A DNA stretch of 62,424 nt, filler included, from Cladosporium halotolerans (lineage: Eukaryota), in NCBI RefSeq assembly GCF_011745625.1. It is 8 parts of 8 records of this genome, joined end to end, with 100 filler letters (N's around TTAATTAATTAA, not from the genome) between each part and the next. Parts side by side here need not be neighbours in the genome. Positions count along the whole stretch, not along the records: positions 39,889 to 47,382 come from NW_027191627.1; positions 47,483 to 54,971 come from NW_027191628.1; positions 55,072 to 62,424 come from NW_027191630.1; 5 more parts are not named here. The stretch is one strand, 5' to 3'. Positions 44,417-58,055 of the stretch are shown here, piece after piece. The position numbers were made by a program, and so were the translations under genes. The notes below the pieces were generated by a model. That model was not told the DNA's origin. It made no database searches and saw only the letters and a program-made list of their open reading frames with translations. Each line of letters opens with the position of its first letter. The stretch's first letter is position 1.

Positions 44417-46661
44417 ATGGCCATCTCTGCATGCAGCAAGCTGAGCAAAAGGCGAGACCTGGAGTCGCAGCGACTTGCCATTTATGGACCAATGAAACCA
44501 CCAAAAACCACAGGAGGGGCTTGCAAGCAATGCCGTAGGCTGAGGAAACGTTGTGACAGAAGACCAATTTGTGCTGGATGCAGCAGCCGTGGCGTTGCTT
44601 GCGAGTATGTCGCCTGCGCCCGACCCCAGCGGCCTCTAAATGCTCTGTCAAGGTGTCGAAAGATCTCCGCGCAGCATGAAGGCGATGAAATAGCCCTGCA
44701 GCTGGAGCAGCTACGGTCTCAACAGCTCCAACCCGACACCGGTTCAAGCTCCCGCAGCACAATATCACCAAAATCGATCTTGGTTTGGCCAAGCGTGGCC
44801 AATCTTATGGAACAAATCTCAGGAACCCAGGCGAAAATTAGCAGTCACTCTCAGCAGAGCCTTTGGATATACGCAGAACCGACCATGTCGCTGCCTGGGC
44901 TAAACTCTCGCCGCGAAAGCCCGGAACTTACAGCCACCACCATCAACAGCTACTTTGCCAATTATGTGGAGCAGATCCATAGCATTTACCCCTTTCTCGA
45001 CATACGCAACGTCCGAGAGCTTTTTGACAAGTATATCATGAGCAACGTCGCGAGAAAGAGCGCCCACAGATCTGGTGCCCATGAGGGCCCCGACGGACAC
45101 TCGAAGCGTCGAAATGCGTTGCAGGTATTCGCATCTTCCCAAAGAGTTGACCTGGACAATGCGTTGATACTTTTGGTACTAGCACTTGGCGAAGTATGCG
45201 AACATACGAAGTCTTCATCATGCCAGCAAAATGATGTAAGGCGCGAGTTTGGCAATCCTTGTTCTCTTCCGCGTGCGAAGTGGTACACGCAAACCATGAG
45301 ATCTCTTTTGGTAGCGTCTCAAGACAGAATCCTGATGTATGCTCAGGTGTATCTGCTGGCCGGTCTCTTTGCTGCAAACCTTGACCGCCTCAAGGAGAGC
45401 AAATCATGCTTTGCGATAGCGGGCCAGACTCTCCGAAAACTGGTCGGCGCGAACGACACCTGTGGCACGAGTCTCCAGGCTACTCCGCAATGTGAACTTC
45501 CACGGACCTTTAGTGAGTCGTTGACACTGATCGCCGCTTGGTCGTGTTCGCAGCTGGAGAACGAAGCTCCGCCCCATGAGGATACTCGCACAAGTCATCT
45601 TGCGGAGCTCTCCACTTTCTTACCTTTGCCGCAGGACTGGTCTGGAATAGAAAATTGTCAGGCAACGTCGCGAATCCAATACACAAGAGGCTCTCCCGAA
45701 GAACTGCTCCTCTTCTTGACTGCGCAGATTTCCTTGGAGAAGCATCTTGGGGACCTGTATGATCGACTATACAGGCAAGAGCGCCATTCCACATTCCACA
45801 TTGTAAGATTTGAGCTGATGAATTGCGGGACTGTTCTTAAAGAGTGGAGAGACCATCTGCCCAAGAATCTGCGATGGAATGACTCGGATGGTCCTCCCTG
45901 CGACATGCTCCATGCGCGGCTGCGTGCCAAATACTGGAGGGTCCGATACTTGATGTATAGATCCTTCTTAAGCTTCGCTCTGAACATCCGGCCATACTAT
46001 GATATCGGCTACACAGTCAAGCAAGCCGCTGTAGAGATTTGTATCATCACGAACTTGCCGAGCGAGGTGTTTGTCTATGAAGCCAATGCGGCAATGAAAG
46101 AGGAACGATTTATGGATGGTTGCCGATCCTGTAGCGAAGCTGCTTTCCAAACCCTCCTGGCATTTGACCAAGTGCCATATCGCTTGATAGTGGCGGATCT
46201 ACAAAGCACTGCCTACATGTGAGTGATCCTGCTCCGCTTCCAACACCTTATTTGCTGACATTGAAACCAGTAACTTCACCATCGTGTTACTACTGTGTGC
46301 GGTATTCCGCGGCTGGTACCTGAGACCTCTTGTAAACGCGGAGCGCCTCCGACATGTGCTTGATCGCACTGTCAATTTCCTGGAGAGACATGCGACCACA
46401 TCTCCGACAATTCGTCGAAACCATGAGACTTTGGAAAAACTTCAGCGCATCTTGTTTGATGCAGTTGCCATTAAGATGATACTCGACATAGAAGCTACTG
46501 TGCACACCATCTTTTGGCTTGTGGCTAGCTGGCGAAAGGGGACTGTCAGATTGCGATTGAGGCAGGAGACTCTGGTTGCGGCGAGCCTCGCCATTAGAAG
46601 TAGCCGGGGAGGGATGTCAACCTATGCAATTCTTCGTGAGGCGTTGTCCAAGGCCAAATGA
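44417..46661 (+). CDS. Zn(II)2Cys6 fungal transcription factor with middle-homology region; intron 46219-46270
   Basis: ACKQCRRLRKRCDRRPICAGCSSRGVACEY; IHSIYPFLD; LLVLALG; ARLRAKYW; spliced C-terminus ...LDRTVNFLE..ATTSPTI. True start may be ATG 44492. Confidence 0.88.
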
Positions 46662-49505
46662 AACGATGTCTTATCAACTACGACAGAGGGTCAGTGTGGC
46701 TGCGAATGCAACAGATTCAGTGTAAATCTGAGGTCAGAGGTTGGTCGCTGACACCGCTTACAGTACTATTTGCTCCTACCGAAGAATGTAGCAGCGGAAT
46801 CGCATCAGATTTGTTGCTGTGACTAGAGACCGCAACACAGGGGGTATCGTCTTGTCAACACACAACTACGGATGGACCTGTGGGTGATCAGGATGGTCGG
46901 CGCTGAGAACATTCGCAGGGATGAGCGGACGGTCGAAACGAGCCTAATCAGCCTCCCCAAGCCGACGATTGCGGCTGTGCAAGGATGCTTTCGGATAGAC
47001 AGGTCGGTTGCATCCCATGAGCTTCCTGCACCGAGCCCTATCTTCCAGGGGTTGCTTCTTCCATCACAAATACAGTACCTCAAGACTAGGCCCCTGCTCC
47101 CTTTCTTTCTCCACTACACGACCAGTTCGGCTCATCTTTCACAATCTTCAGCATCATGAATGAAACATGGTACACAATCACTCATGCTGGCTACCGCGTC
47201 AATCGCGAGTCAGTACACTTACTCGTACTGCCGTCGAGCCTTTTCAACGGGAGTATCAATCTTGATAGCAGACGAAATTAGCGCGGTATTTCCATACCTC
47301 CTTGTCCCACATGTCATGGTGGAGAAAAGACTGTTGCTACTGTGTCAGCATGCTCTTTCACAATGGCTTATTGCATGGCTAANNNNNNNNNNNNNNNNNN
47401 NNNNNNNNNNNNNNNNNNNNNNNNNNTTAATTAATTAANNNNNNNNNNNNNNNNNNNNNNNNNNNNNNNNNNNNNNNNNNNNGAGGACCAGAGTCACTAG
47501 CTCGGTGGATCAAAGTATCACATGGTAGGCGAGATAGGCGAAGCAAAGCTGGCGGCTGAGGGCACTGGCGAGGGCAGGCATGCAAGCGTTGATGATCAGC
47601 GATCAAGGTCGAGAGCGTTCCACAGCAGCGCCTCGAGCTCGGCTCGCTTCATCAAAGCGTCTGCAGCTGCATTGACTATACCATATAGAGCCATCCAGCA
47701 ACAGGGCGGTCGGCACAGGCACAGTGATGCACAAAGGTGATTTCGAGCACGACTCATCGTGCATCCCACTGTACGCGCTTCTTGTGGCAACGCAAGAGGC
47801 CGAAGAGGAGTTTGTAGATCAATCAAGAGACGTATCAAAACACTTTTTGGACGAGGCACAGGGCGCGGCTGGGCAAGTGATGGATAGAAGTATGTACTAG
47901 GGTTCTCGCAGTCTGGATCTCGGCGATACCGACCGTAGTAGCAAAAAAAAAAGAAAAAAAAAAGAAAAAAAAGACAGGTACGATTAAGCCGAGCCTCGTT
48001 CCAGCTTACAGTCCTACGGCATCACCGTCGTCTAAACATCCACATCACCGCGAGCCAGCAGAGACACTCTTCTTTTACGATGCCATCGAGCAAATCATTT
48101 CTGTGGGAGGACTATCCTGTCTCGTTTTCGGCGTTTCCTCCCTCAGTGAACACTAAGATCTCAACACCCTTGCTCTCTCTGAGTTTGCGTGGTGCCCTCT
48201 TTTTCGCTTCGTCCGAAGTCGCCTTCCCCGCTATTCCTGTGGTCTTGTCATAGACGTAAAACTGTACGGGCTTCTTTCTCCCGTCGTCTTGCTTTGGTTG
48301 CATCACGTCAACCGCTGCGGTCGTGGAGCTTTCTGAGGGCTTGCACCATACTGACGAGGGTCAGCGAATGCGGGCTCGGTCAAGCATACACCTACAGCAT
48401 GGGTACAAATCTCGCCCCTTTCTATCGCAGCTCGTCAGCATTTGTAAAGTATGCTTTTTGGAAAGGGCACCAACGTCATGAAATCTGATACCAGTATTGA
48501 TGCATTACAGCCACCTTTTCGGTTGCAATTTTGTTGTGGTCCCGAGTCCAGAAGATGTGGCAGATAGTAGAAATAATGATCGCATCTGTAAGTAGTGCGC
48601 TGACTGGATTTGCACAACGTCAGTTTCCCCGACTTGTCATCAGAAGATGGCGACTTTCCAGTGGACAACATGGTGGCAAGAGCACGACTCGATTGAATGA
48701 GATGACTTTTCAATATTGCGCAGTGCACGAGACAGCTGCCGTACGACGCCTCTGTCGTCCGACGCCGCGCCTTATAACACAGCTTACAGTGTGGGCGTAG
48801 TGACAAGACACGAATAACATGCAAGCCACGCGTGCACTACTTAAGCCATAAATCAGGGCTGTCTCCATAGCGTTGGATTACATCGAGTCGCGTGGAGAAC
48901 AGGGTAGGATGGTATTATACGACATAGGTCTCTCTGTGGTTCCTAACCAAGACATCTATGGCTACGCCTTCTGTCCTCCCGGCAGGAGCGCTAGATGCCA
49001 GAAGATCTTCTTTTCACATCTTGAGAAGCACCAAATTCTGGGGTGATGCCGTAAAGTATGTCGATGCAAACACCCGAAAGCCGCATATTCGTATCGTCAT
49101 GCTGAAGATCTTGTAGTGCTGCGAAAAGGACGGCTAGCATACGCAGAAGCACATATCAGAACGGTACTTCGCCAAATACAGCTGCGCAGTCACATCATTA
49201 AATCGTCTTTCTCGAGATAGAGTCTGTAACGTTTGGGCAATGGAGCAACTCGTGCGGCGGTGAGAAAATGCATGGACATAGTCGTGGGGATCAGTCATGG
49301 GACAACACACATATTGTTATGCCGCACGAGTAGTGTGCCTCCTGATCTCTGAGATTTATGGAAGCTTGAACCTGTTGCAGAAAGTCTTGATGGTTGCCTC
49401 GAATGGCCTTCTACACTAAGGCGGGCAGACTCACTACAATCGTATATCATTCTTCAAGAAGCGCAACTGTCTCGAGCGTTGCGAAAGCGGGGAAGAAACT
49501 AGCTG

Positions 49506-50261
49506 ATGACGTCTAGAGCTCTATCTTGGCAGCCCCACGGGCATTCTCAATCCAGCCGCATAGCCAGCTGTCACGACCCCTCTACACCATCGCCAGGATC
49601 TGAAATCACGCGGACCTTGACCACGATTCTCAACAACATTGGCCGATTTCAAAACAGTAACAGAATCTCGATTGCCCGTTTTCGCACGGGTGTGTATCTC
49701 CGAGGATTGACTACGAAAGTAGAAACATTCCAGGTCACCCTGGGCCACCGATCGGCAAGGGCGCCTCGCTGGATTATCGAGGGCAACTGCATGATGGTAC
49801 AACAATCCGCAAAGTATTGGGGCAAGATCGATGCGATCGACGCTGCGCACGCAGAGTCTGTGCTTGAAAAAGGCGAGAAGGAAAGCCCCGGACGAATACC
49901 GTTCGTAAACATTACTGTGACCGAGACGGCCGAAATCAGGACTGCAAAAGAAAGTGTTGAACGAGTGAGACAAGCTCTGGATAGCCCCTGTTGGTGAATA
50001 TTACTGACTATCACGTAGATCCTGGATGGCCGAGAGATGCGTTGGGGTATTCCATCTGCGTCGCAAGATTGGAACGCAAATGTTCCTGGGGTTTCGTACG
50101 GCCAAGCGCCTGGAATTGTCGTGCTCAGTGAAATGAACAAACTTCCCTGGGGAAATAGCGCAGAAAGAGGTGGCATCTATACATGGGATCAGGTCATGCA
50201 CTGGACCTGTGACGCAGGATATTACTTTTTACTTTTCACTGTATCTACGAGGAGTGATTGA
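49506..50261 (+). CDS. Hypothetical protein (3' part of a gene or pseudogene), intron about 49965-50018
   Basis: GTGAGA..CTGAC..TAG intron joins ESVER|ILDGREMRWGIPS in frame; start uncertain; no family recognised. Confidence 0.4.
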
Positions 50262-51570
50262 TTGTTTCGGCAGTGTCGAAATACTGGAACGCACGGTTCC
50301 ACCGGAGCATTTCAAAGTTCTCCAGTTCAAAGTTGACCGGGTCGAGAGCGTTTGTGTTCCAGTCACGCATCTGTGCTTCAGCGCTGTTGCTCAAGTGGAA
50401 CTCCTGAGTACCACCAAAACACTGATTGTTGTGTGTCCCGCGTTCCGTGTCTCCCGTTATTCCCTGTACGGTCAAAGGCTGAGCCAAATCGGAGATGGTG
50501 TTTGTTTGTTGACAAGGGTTTGGTGCCACTTGCCAAGGGTTTGTTTCTGTTGGCGGTTCTGGCTGCTGTACTTGGCCTGAGCATGCTCGCCATGGCCCGC
50601 CATTAGTGAGCTGGCCAGCTACCCCCCAACGTCTATTCCTCGTTGATGCGCGAGATTGGTCCCTTAGCTGTCGCAGACTTCGTATTTGTCCATCTTTTAG
50701 AATTCCACCCAAGTCTGTTTCAGCTGTGATGAAGGTTTCCGCGTCAAATCCAAATTCCTCGAGTCTTTCCAAAGTCATCATGATCGCCTCGCATGCCTTA
50801 TCGTCACGTCGGCGCATATCTTTCAATGCTTCGCTTCCCTCAAGCGAGGATTTCGCATCTTCAATATGGGCTTCGGAAAGTTTTGTACACAAGCTAGATA
50901 AGTTAGTGATGTGAACTCGGCCAGAAATAGAGAAGACTTACAAATCCAGACTAAGTCTGTCCATGCGGAGCACGGCGGAAACTCCGAAAGTCGACATCAA
51001 CCTGGCGATTTTTCGTCCAGCTGTAGCTTGCTTCGCTAGTGTTGCAGCCTCAACGCCGCTTTTCTCTGCGATTTCTGCGATAGCTGCACTTGAAAGGCTC
51101 TTGTGGCTGCTATTCTGCACCGCTGGCTTCAATAATTGTATCTGCGCAAATAGAGTGACCCAGAGGACACGCTGGATGCAAGCGAGAACACCTATATTGA
51201 CATCGCAGTCTTTCGACATCTTTGTGAGCGCAAAAATAATGTTGCCAGTATGCGAAGGGACTTGTACGATAGCTCGGTAGTCCCAAAGCAGTTCAGGTGA
51301 GAACGCATTGTTCGATGCTCGAGACAGAGCGTCCACGAGCCGGTCTGAATTCGCGTTTCGAGTTTTCTGTATTGCCTTCTTTTTTCGAATCGTTAGAGGG
51401 AGTCGGCCATGCTTGTCTTCCTGCACAATCCGTACGAGTTCAAGCGAGAGTTCCTGAAAACTGTCAGCTTGATCTTTCACAATCCGATCTTGTCGCACCT
51501 TCCTACACCAATCCGACCATTTCGATTTTCGAAGAAGGTCGAGAAGAGCTTCTTGTTCGTGTTCCAACAT
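50245..51570 (-). CDS. Hypothetical protein, intron 50894-50941
   Basis: 210-aa and 215-aa ORFs joined in frame by GTAAGT..CTAAC..TAG (LDF|LCTKLSE); TATATA upstream near 51625. Confidence 0.65.
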
Positions 51571-53961
51571 GCTTGCTTCAGGGTCAGCGACCCCGCGCTT
51601 TCACTGAAGTGAAAGCGCGGGGTATATAGTCTGGTCCAGCTACAAGCTCCGAGCGTAGAGCCGCCTTCGCATCCCAGCTGGAGACGCAGCTCTCGAGAAG
51701 GAAACGTTGAGGTCCAGCTGACAAGCGTGGAAGGCGGCTCCAAATTCCCGCTTCGGGTTCCCCATAGTGCAATCTGTTTCAGCAAATAGCTAATTGAGCT
51801 TGTGGGCTCCACCTAATCCTCCCGCTACAAGCTGTCAATTGCATGGAGAGGGAGGCACGTATGATACGCAAGGTTATCTTCGCCTTGACCATCGCAGCAC
51901 TGACAACTTGACAGTCGCTTATGTATCATGGCGCTCGTACATTCGTTCGGTTGCAAACATACATATTCCGCCCTCACCATTGGATACCTCTCACACCTCG
52001 CAGCAGCCCTCTGGGTCTTTACGCCGTCCAGGCGGGCCTCATTCTCCGCCGCACACCGCCCAAAGCCGACAGCAAAGCGCCGCTATGAGCGGCAAATACG
52101 CTGCGGCTGGAAGGCATGGTACGCACGGGCAGCCGCAGGCTCTAATGGAATTGACTGATCGATTGGCTGACGGGCGCAGATCTGTGGCTTTGTCAAATCA
52201 GCATCCTTTGGCTTTGCCACCAGCCGCTGGGTCTCTCTCATGCGGCGCTTAACCAACGAGGACCAGGGTCGCACCGCCCGAATCTTGCTTTACTCGGACG
52301 TCACGTTGGTGTCGGCCGCCTCGCTTCTGGAGGCGACGTGAATCCAAGACAGTCGTGGCGTCTGGGGATCGCTAGGCGTAGGCGTGATCGTCTGCTCCCA
52401 TGCGCCCACGATAGTGTTAGCGGCGCTTCATTTTCCCGCGTGAGCATGTATGGGAAGATGGGGATCATCATAGTTGAGACTCGCTCGGAGATCCCGTGGT
52501 GGCTCGCAGGCCCGCCGCGTTGCGCTTTCGCATGGCCGTGATCATCGTATTTCCGTAGATGGGGTGGGATCCAGTTCCGGGGACGCGGCAGGGCTCACAC
52601 TGATACTGCGCACTAATATCGTCCCCTTCTGGGTCTGGACCGGTCTCCCACAAGAAGCGAATGTGGCGGTTCTGGGGATTCAGGTGCTCCATCTTGTCCT
52701 CACAGATTGGCCGCATGCCCTCGCAACGGCGATGTTGATGTCTCTTCTGATGGGATCAACAGCAACGAGGGGGATTACTGCAGCAACTTGAGCTTGCCAT
52801 GGCAAAGGCACATCCACGATGGCTCAGACGATGTGGAGGAGTCCACCCGCGACGCACAACCATGCGCAACGCTAACAGGCGAAGAGGCGTCGGGTCGCAC
52901 CATGAGCCTCTAAGCTTGTGAACCTCACATCAAGCAGACACAGCCTTGAAGAGGTGAAGGCAACACATTTGTAACTACGAATTTCGACGATGATACCGCC
53001 TCAACATCAAGAATCAGCCTTCACGGCTTGTGTGGAGATGCACCTGTTTGAATTCGCTTTCACAGCTTGCATTGATCGTTGGATGTCGCTTGGCTGAAGT
53101 CCAAACATGCATTCGTACATCGACAATTTGAAATTTGCGCTTTGATGATTTGGTAGTTCTAGCTCCACGCATCCCAATGATCCTCGCTGTAAGCTCCTTT
53201 ATCGAGATTGTCCAAACGAAATTGAAAGTGAGCCACACAATGCGCTCAGCCTTTGGCTCCACCCCCGCAACTTCACCTTCCAGACCTGCCTGTGCTGCTC
53301 ATATTGGTGGTTCAGCTATATGATGTGCCCTGCAGAAGCGACTTGGCCTGCTGCGACTCCCTTCCCCAAAAAACCTCGACGTCGGTATTCCATCACCGTC
53401 CTGGGAAGAGAGTTCTGCTGACGGTGAAAGCCCTCATCATTTGTTGAACCAAGCGCATGGAGATGCGCAGTCTTTGCTTCCATCGCACGGCTCTCATACC
53501 TGGACGGGAGGTTGATCGGATGCGAGTTCACATTTGATCACACACGACGATGTCAGGATGAGGCTTCCATTGGAGGGACTGTCTTTCGGCCGATCGAATT
53601 GAGCTATTGCGGATCAGACCTAGCCTTCGGTGTATTCGGGCACACCTGGAGAAGGTGATCCATACCGAGGAAGCCTTTCCCGGAGGACAGCCCTCAACGA
53701 CAACCACAGAAGACAGCCCCAAGTCATGCTCGAACAGATCGTCACAAGGCTAAAGAAACACAGCGTACGCGTTGCAATCTCGGTTCGACATGGCTTGCAG
53801 CAGCGCAGCGGTCGATACCAACAGGATCGCGAGCAAAGGGTGAACTCGCAATAAATGACAATGCACCGCGTGAGAAGGAGTAATATCAGGGACACCGCTC
53901 GCCGCGGGCCGTCTTGATTGAGCACGCATCATTCACCGCCTCATCTTTTCACATCCCCAAG

Positions 53962-54971
53962 ATGTTCAGCATGGTTTACGAGCCAGGCAACCGCGCTTAC
54001 TACGTGACCGCAGACGATGCTCGCGCAGGGCCGTGCGTGTTTGCTTGGATCCTTTTTATATGGTCAAGCCTGACCATGATCGCCCGCGTGTATGCGCGGA
54101 GGCAGAAATGGACGTGGAGCGACTGGTGTTCTTGTAAGATGTGCTGGCGTGGAAGAAAGACTGTCAACAGCTGACCGAGTTTCCAGTGATTGCATACGTG
54201 AGTGACCTGAGCAGCGCAGCGACTGCATCGACGGAGGCGGAAGACTGACATCGATCAGGTTGTTGGCTTGGCGCACTTTTCGCTGCTGCTCACAGGCTTG
54301 GCCGACGGTCTCGCCACTAGCTCCAGGTCGACCGTTCACGACAAGGATGTGGCACTCGTGAGTCGACTGAGGTAGAGTTATGAAACGGACAAACCTGAAT
54401 AACGATCAGCAGCGATATTTCGTCAGCCAGGCGCCACTGCTGCTTTCCGTAGAGCTGACGAGATGCTCCACCAACATGTTCATCGCCTTCGAGATAATAG
54501 GGGCAACTCAACTGAGGCGGGTGAGCTTGATCAGTGTCGGCGTGATGGGCATCTGGGCACTCAGCGCGCCGTTGGTGGCGATGATCGAGTGTGGTTCGGT
54601 GAAGCCGGGGAAGTGGATGTGCGCCGGCGAGGTGAGTACAGAGATAGCACTGTCACGAGCGCAAACGTTGACGACAGAAGCAGGGGCCGCGGCGACTCAC
54701 GATCCTGTTGATCGACGTCTTGTTGGAAGTCTTGCTGATAGCGTGGACGGTCGCCGTCGTTTGGACCCTCCGGCTTTCTTGGGGAAACAAGCTCAAGGTG
54801 GTGACTGCCTTTTCATGCAGGCTGTTGTGAGCCACAATACCCGCCGCGGCACGACAGAAAGGAGCTCACAAGTGACAGGGTCGTGGGCTGCGGAGTCGGC
54901 CGCTACATTGCTTACGAGCAATACCTACATCATGGCAGACCTACCGTAGGTCTGGCACCGACGCTAGAGTG
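53962..54971 (+). CDS. Pth11-like (fungal rhodopsin-domain) integral membrane protein, multi-intron, truncated by the gap
   Basis: VTADD...WILFIWSSLTMIARVYARRQKWTWSDW; YFVSQ..LLSVELTRCS; WALS..AMIEC...KWMC; DVLLEVLL...VWTLRLSWGNKLKVVTAFSCRL; several GT..CTGAC..AG introns. Confidence 0.7.
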
Positions 54972-55499
54972 NNNNNNNNNNNNNNNNNNNNNNNNNNNNN
55001 NNNNNNNNNNNNNNNTTAATTAATTAANNNNNNNNNNNNNNNNNNNNNNNNNNNNNNNNNNNNNNNNNNNNGGGGGGGGCGTCTGTACTGGGATCTTACT
55101 TTTTATTGTGGCTCACGGCCTATAGCTGCTTATTCACGACGAAGACATAAAATGCGTTCCAACGAAAAGCGTGTCGAAGGTCAATGTATGAGCGATGACA
55201 GCACGGATTCTTGAGGTGATCCTCACACCAGCGCCATACATCTACCGCTCCTAGTGGCTATATTGCGGCAGCGGCGAGGCTTCTTGGCCGTAGAGCTCTT
55301 TAAGGTGCACGCCCCGAAGATGGGCAAGAGATTGGGCCTTGGCGGTGGCGGACGGTCACATGCTCTCTGCCAGCAGGGTTCACATGGGCGGACACATCCA
55401 ACAAAAAATCGACACTGCGTCTCTGCCGGGCTAAGTCATCCTTAATATCTCGAACTTTCATCAAGGCCGTCTCCGAGACCGTGGAAAGCAGTTTCGAAC

Positions 55500-57199
55500 A
55501 TGCAATTCTTTTCTATGCTGGCATTTCCTCTTTACTTTCCTGTAATCACCATTGCAAAAACTAATCGAAGCGCACATTGCGTCGATGAAGATGCGGGCCT
55601 GCAATGGCTCAGCTCAAGGCTGAGCGAGGACTCGACAATCACATGCCGGGAAGACCTCACGACCGTAAATAGCACAGGCAGATATTGGGCGGCGCAGTTT
55701 ACCAACGATGCTTCAGTAGTTGTCACTCCAGCAACCAGCAAGGATGTCAACCTTGCTGTTCAAGCGACGAGAAAAACACCACTCGGGAGAGACTACGCAT
55801 TCGTTAGCGGAGGCCATGCAACTACTGGGGCCTCTTCTTCCACCGGGCTAGTCATCGACTTGAATCGACTGAACCGTACGACGGTACTCTACAACTTCAC
55901 GGATCCGACGACTCAGCTTGGCACCAACGTCGTCATGTACGAAGGGGGAGTCACCTCCTTTGGGTTACAATCAGCCGTGAATGGCAGTGGCTGAACAGCA
56001 GTAACGGCGCGCGCAAGCTCCGTAGGCATGGGCGGATTCTCCACCGGCGGCGGTATAGGATTCATGGCAAACGCATATGGCTACGCCATCGATCGACTGC
56101 TGGCCTTAGAGGTGGTCCTTCCATCCGGCGCGATTGTATTTGCGACGAAGAAAACAAGGCATTCCGATCTGTTCTGGGCGATTCAAGGTGGTTCTGGCCA
56201 GTTTGGGATAGTCACCAAGTTCTATCAGAAGGCATTTCGCACCCCGAAGGACGTCAAGGTCGGATTCCACGTCGTCGGCAGCGGATCCGTGACACAGAGC
56301 TTTCGCAACACAGAGGTATTCTTTGCCCAGCACGCCGATCCTTTCAGCTTGATGTATTACGCCCTGGCGTATCTTCCCACAGGCTGGCCGCATGCGAGTG
56401 CAGGTGAGACGGAATACCAGGTCACACGGTTGATGGTAACGCTGTGGTAGGCAGATCAAGTCAGGCAGAGTCCATCCAAAAAGCTGACAGTAACAGGTTC
56501 GACGAGCCCGAACAGAAGAACGGAGCTCACGAGCCGCCAGAGCATACTTTTCGCACGCTCTTGTCTGGTTTGTCGCTGGAGTCAAGCTTATCCTACACCG
56601 TCCCATTTGCGGACCTCACCACACTCAGCGACAGCTTCTTTCCGTATGGATACCGTCGCGGCTTCTGGGGCCCGCAGGTGACCAACGTCAGCGAGGCATA
56701 TCTGAGCGCCGTCGACGATTCATTCCAAAATTATATTGACAACATGCTACAAAGAGGAGAGACGCCCTCGACCTCAACCTGGGTGTTGCAGTACATGCTC
56801 CCTGGGCTGAACGGACATCTGCCTGCATCGGACGCCGACACGGCGTGGCCACACAGTGCTACCGGGCATCAAACTCTTTTCGACCCTGGCTGGCGCAGAG
56901 AATCATCAGATGGCGTAGTGGAGGCTTTCAACGAGCTCTTATACAGTTTGGCCCGCCCAAACACGACCAGCATCGAGTCACGTAATCATTGCAGCGTCTC
57001 TAGCATGCGTGGCCTCGTCGCGCCTTACGACTATCCAAATTACCTCAAACCACACGCGAAAGGCGACGAGGTCTGGGGCCAGAACACCGCTCGTCTGGCG
57101 TCGGTGAAGCAAAAGTACGATCCAGAATGCCTTTTGCACAGGGGTAGGGTCTTTTCAAGCCCAGGCTGCATGACTCGAGGCTTCGCCAACGTGTTTTGA
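55500..57199 (+). pseudogene. Secreted FAD-linked oxidoreductase (FAD_binding_4/BBE type) with a premature TGA at 55992-55994; intron 56447-56496
   Basis: Signal-like N-terminus; FVSGGHA (covalent FAD His), VGMGGFSTGGGIG, DLFWAIQGGSGQFGIVT, YPNY...WGQNTARLASVKQKYDP; reads through as SG*TAVTARASSVG. Confidence 0.85.
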
Positions 57200-58055
57200 G
57201 CAGACGTTAGGTCTTTGTCTCCGACGGCGCGGAGACGTGGTCCCGCATATGGAGCGGAAAATCGAGGGAGTAGCTCTCGGCTCTGATGATACTGCCCGGG
57301 CCAACAGTTCAGCGGCCTTTTGATTCCCAAGAGCCGTAAGGGATGACGTTAAATTGATCTTGACGATCGGCCGTTGAGGCTCACACTCCACATTCCAATC
57401 CGAAATCATCAACACCCTTATCCACTGCTCTGTATAATGGGCGCCTGAGCCTTAGCGTCTCCATAAGCTCAATCTAGAATTGCCATGTCGACAAGCCTTT
57501 GCGATCGCTTTGATTACAAGCTATGGTTGAAAGATGGAATGTGATCGTTCACAAACAAAAGCGATGACTAGTCTTACCATGTGACAACCCTTCTCATATG
57601 GCAGAGCTGGGCGACTTTGCGACCGTGAATGGATTATTCCGGCGCTCAGTGTCGTCTTTCGCTGGTTGCTTGGATCGTACCACAGCGTCCAAGGCCATTT
57701 GAAAGGGTGCACAAACGATCGACGTTGCAAGGATGACAACGCGGGGCAGCGGCATCACACCATGCCTTGGGCCATCGCGGGCGAGATGGGATCGGCTGGC
57801 CCTAATAGCTACGATGTAACGTTATTCGTAGCAAGCCCCGATGTTGAAGACCCGTCTGCATGTGCCGGATCTCCCAAGAGAGGAGGTCAGTCGTCAGCGT
57901 GCTGTGGTTGTCTCGATCTATAGCTTTGGCACGGAAGTACAGTGCAAGTCGTGATAAAGAGCCACCGACAAGTATTTCTTATCCCAAGGCTCGAACTCAT
58001 CTTACCCTTTCTCATCCTCATTTGATCAAGTATCTTTCCGAGTGGAGCCGACGCG

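Noticed and set aside
47943..47972. A-rich run as a retroposon tail
   Set aside because: Interrupted A-tract with no TSD or upstream element found.
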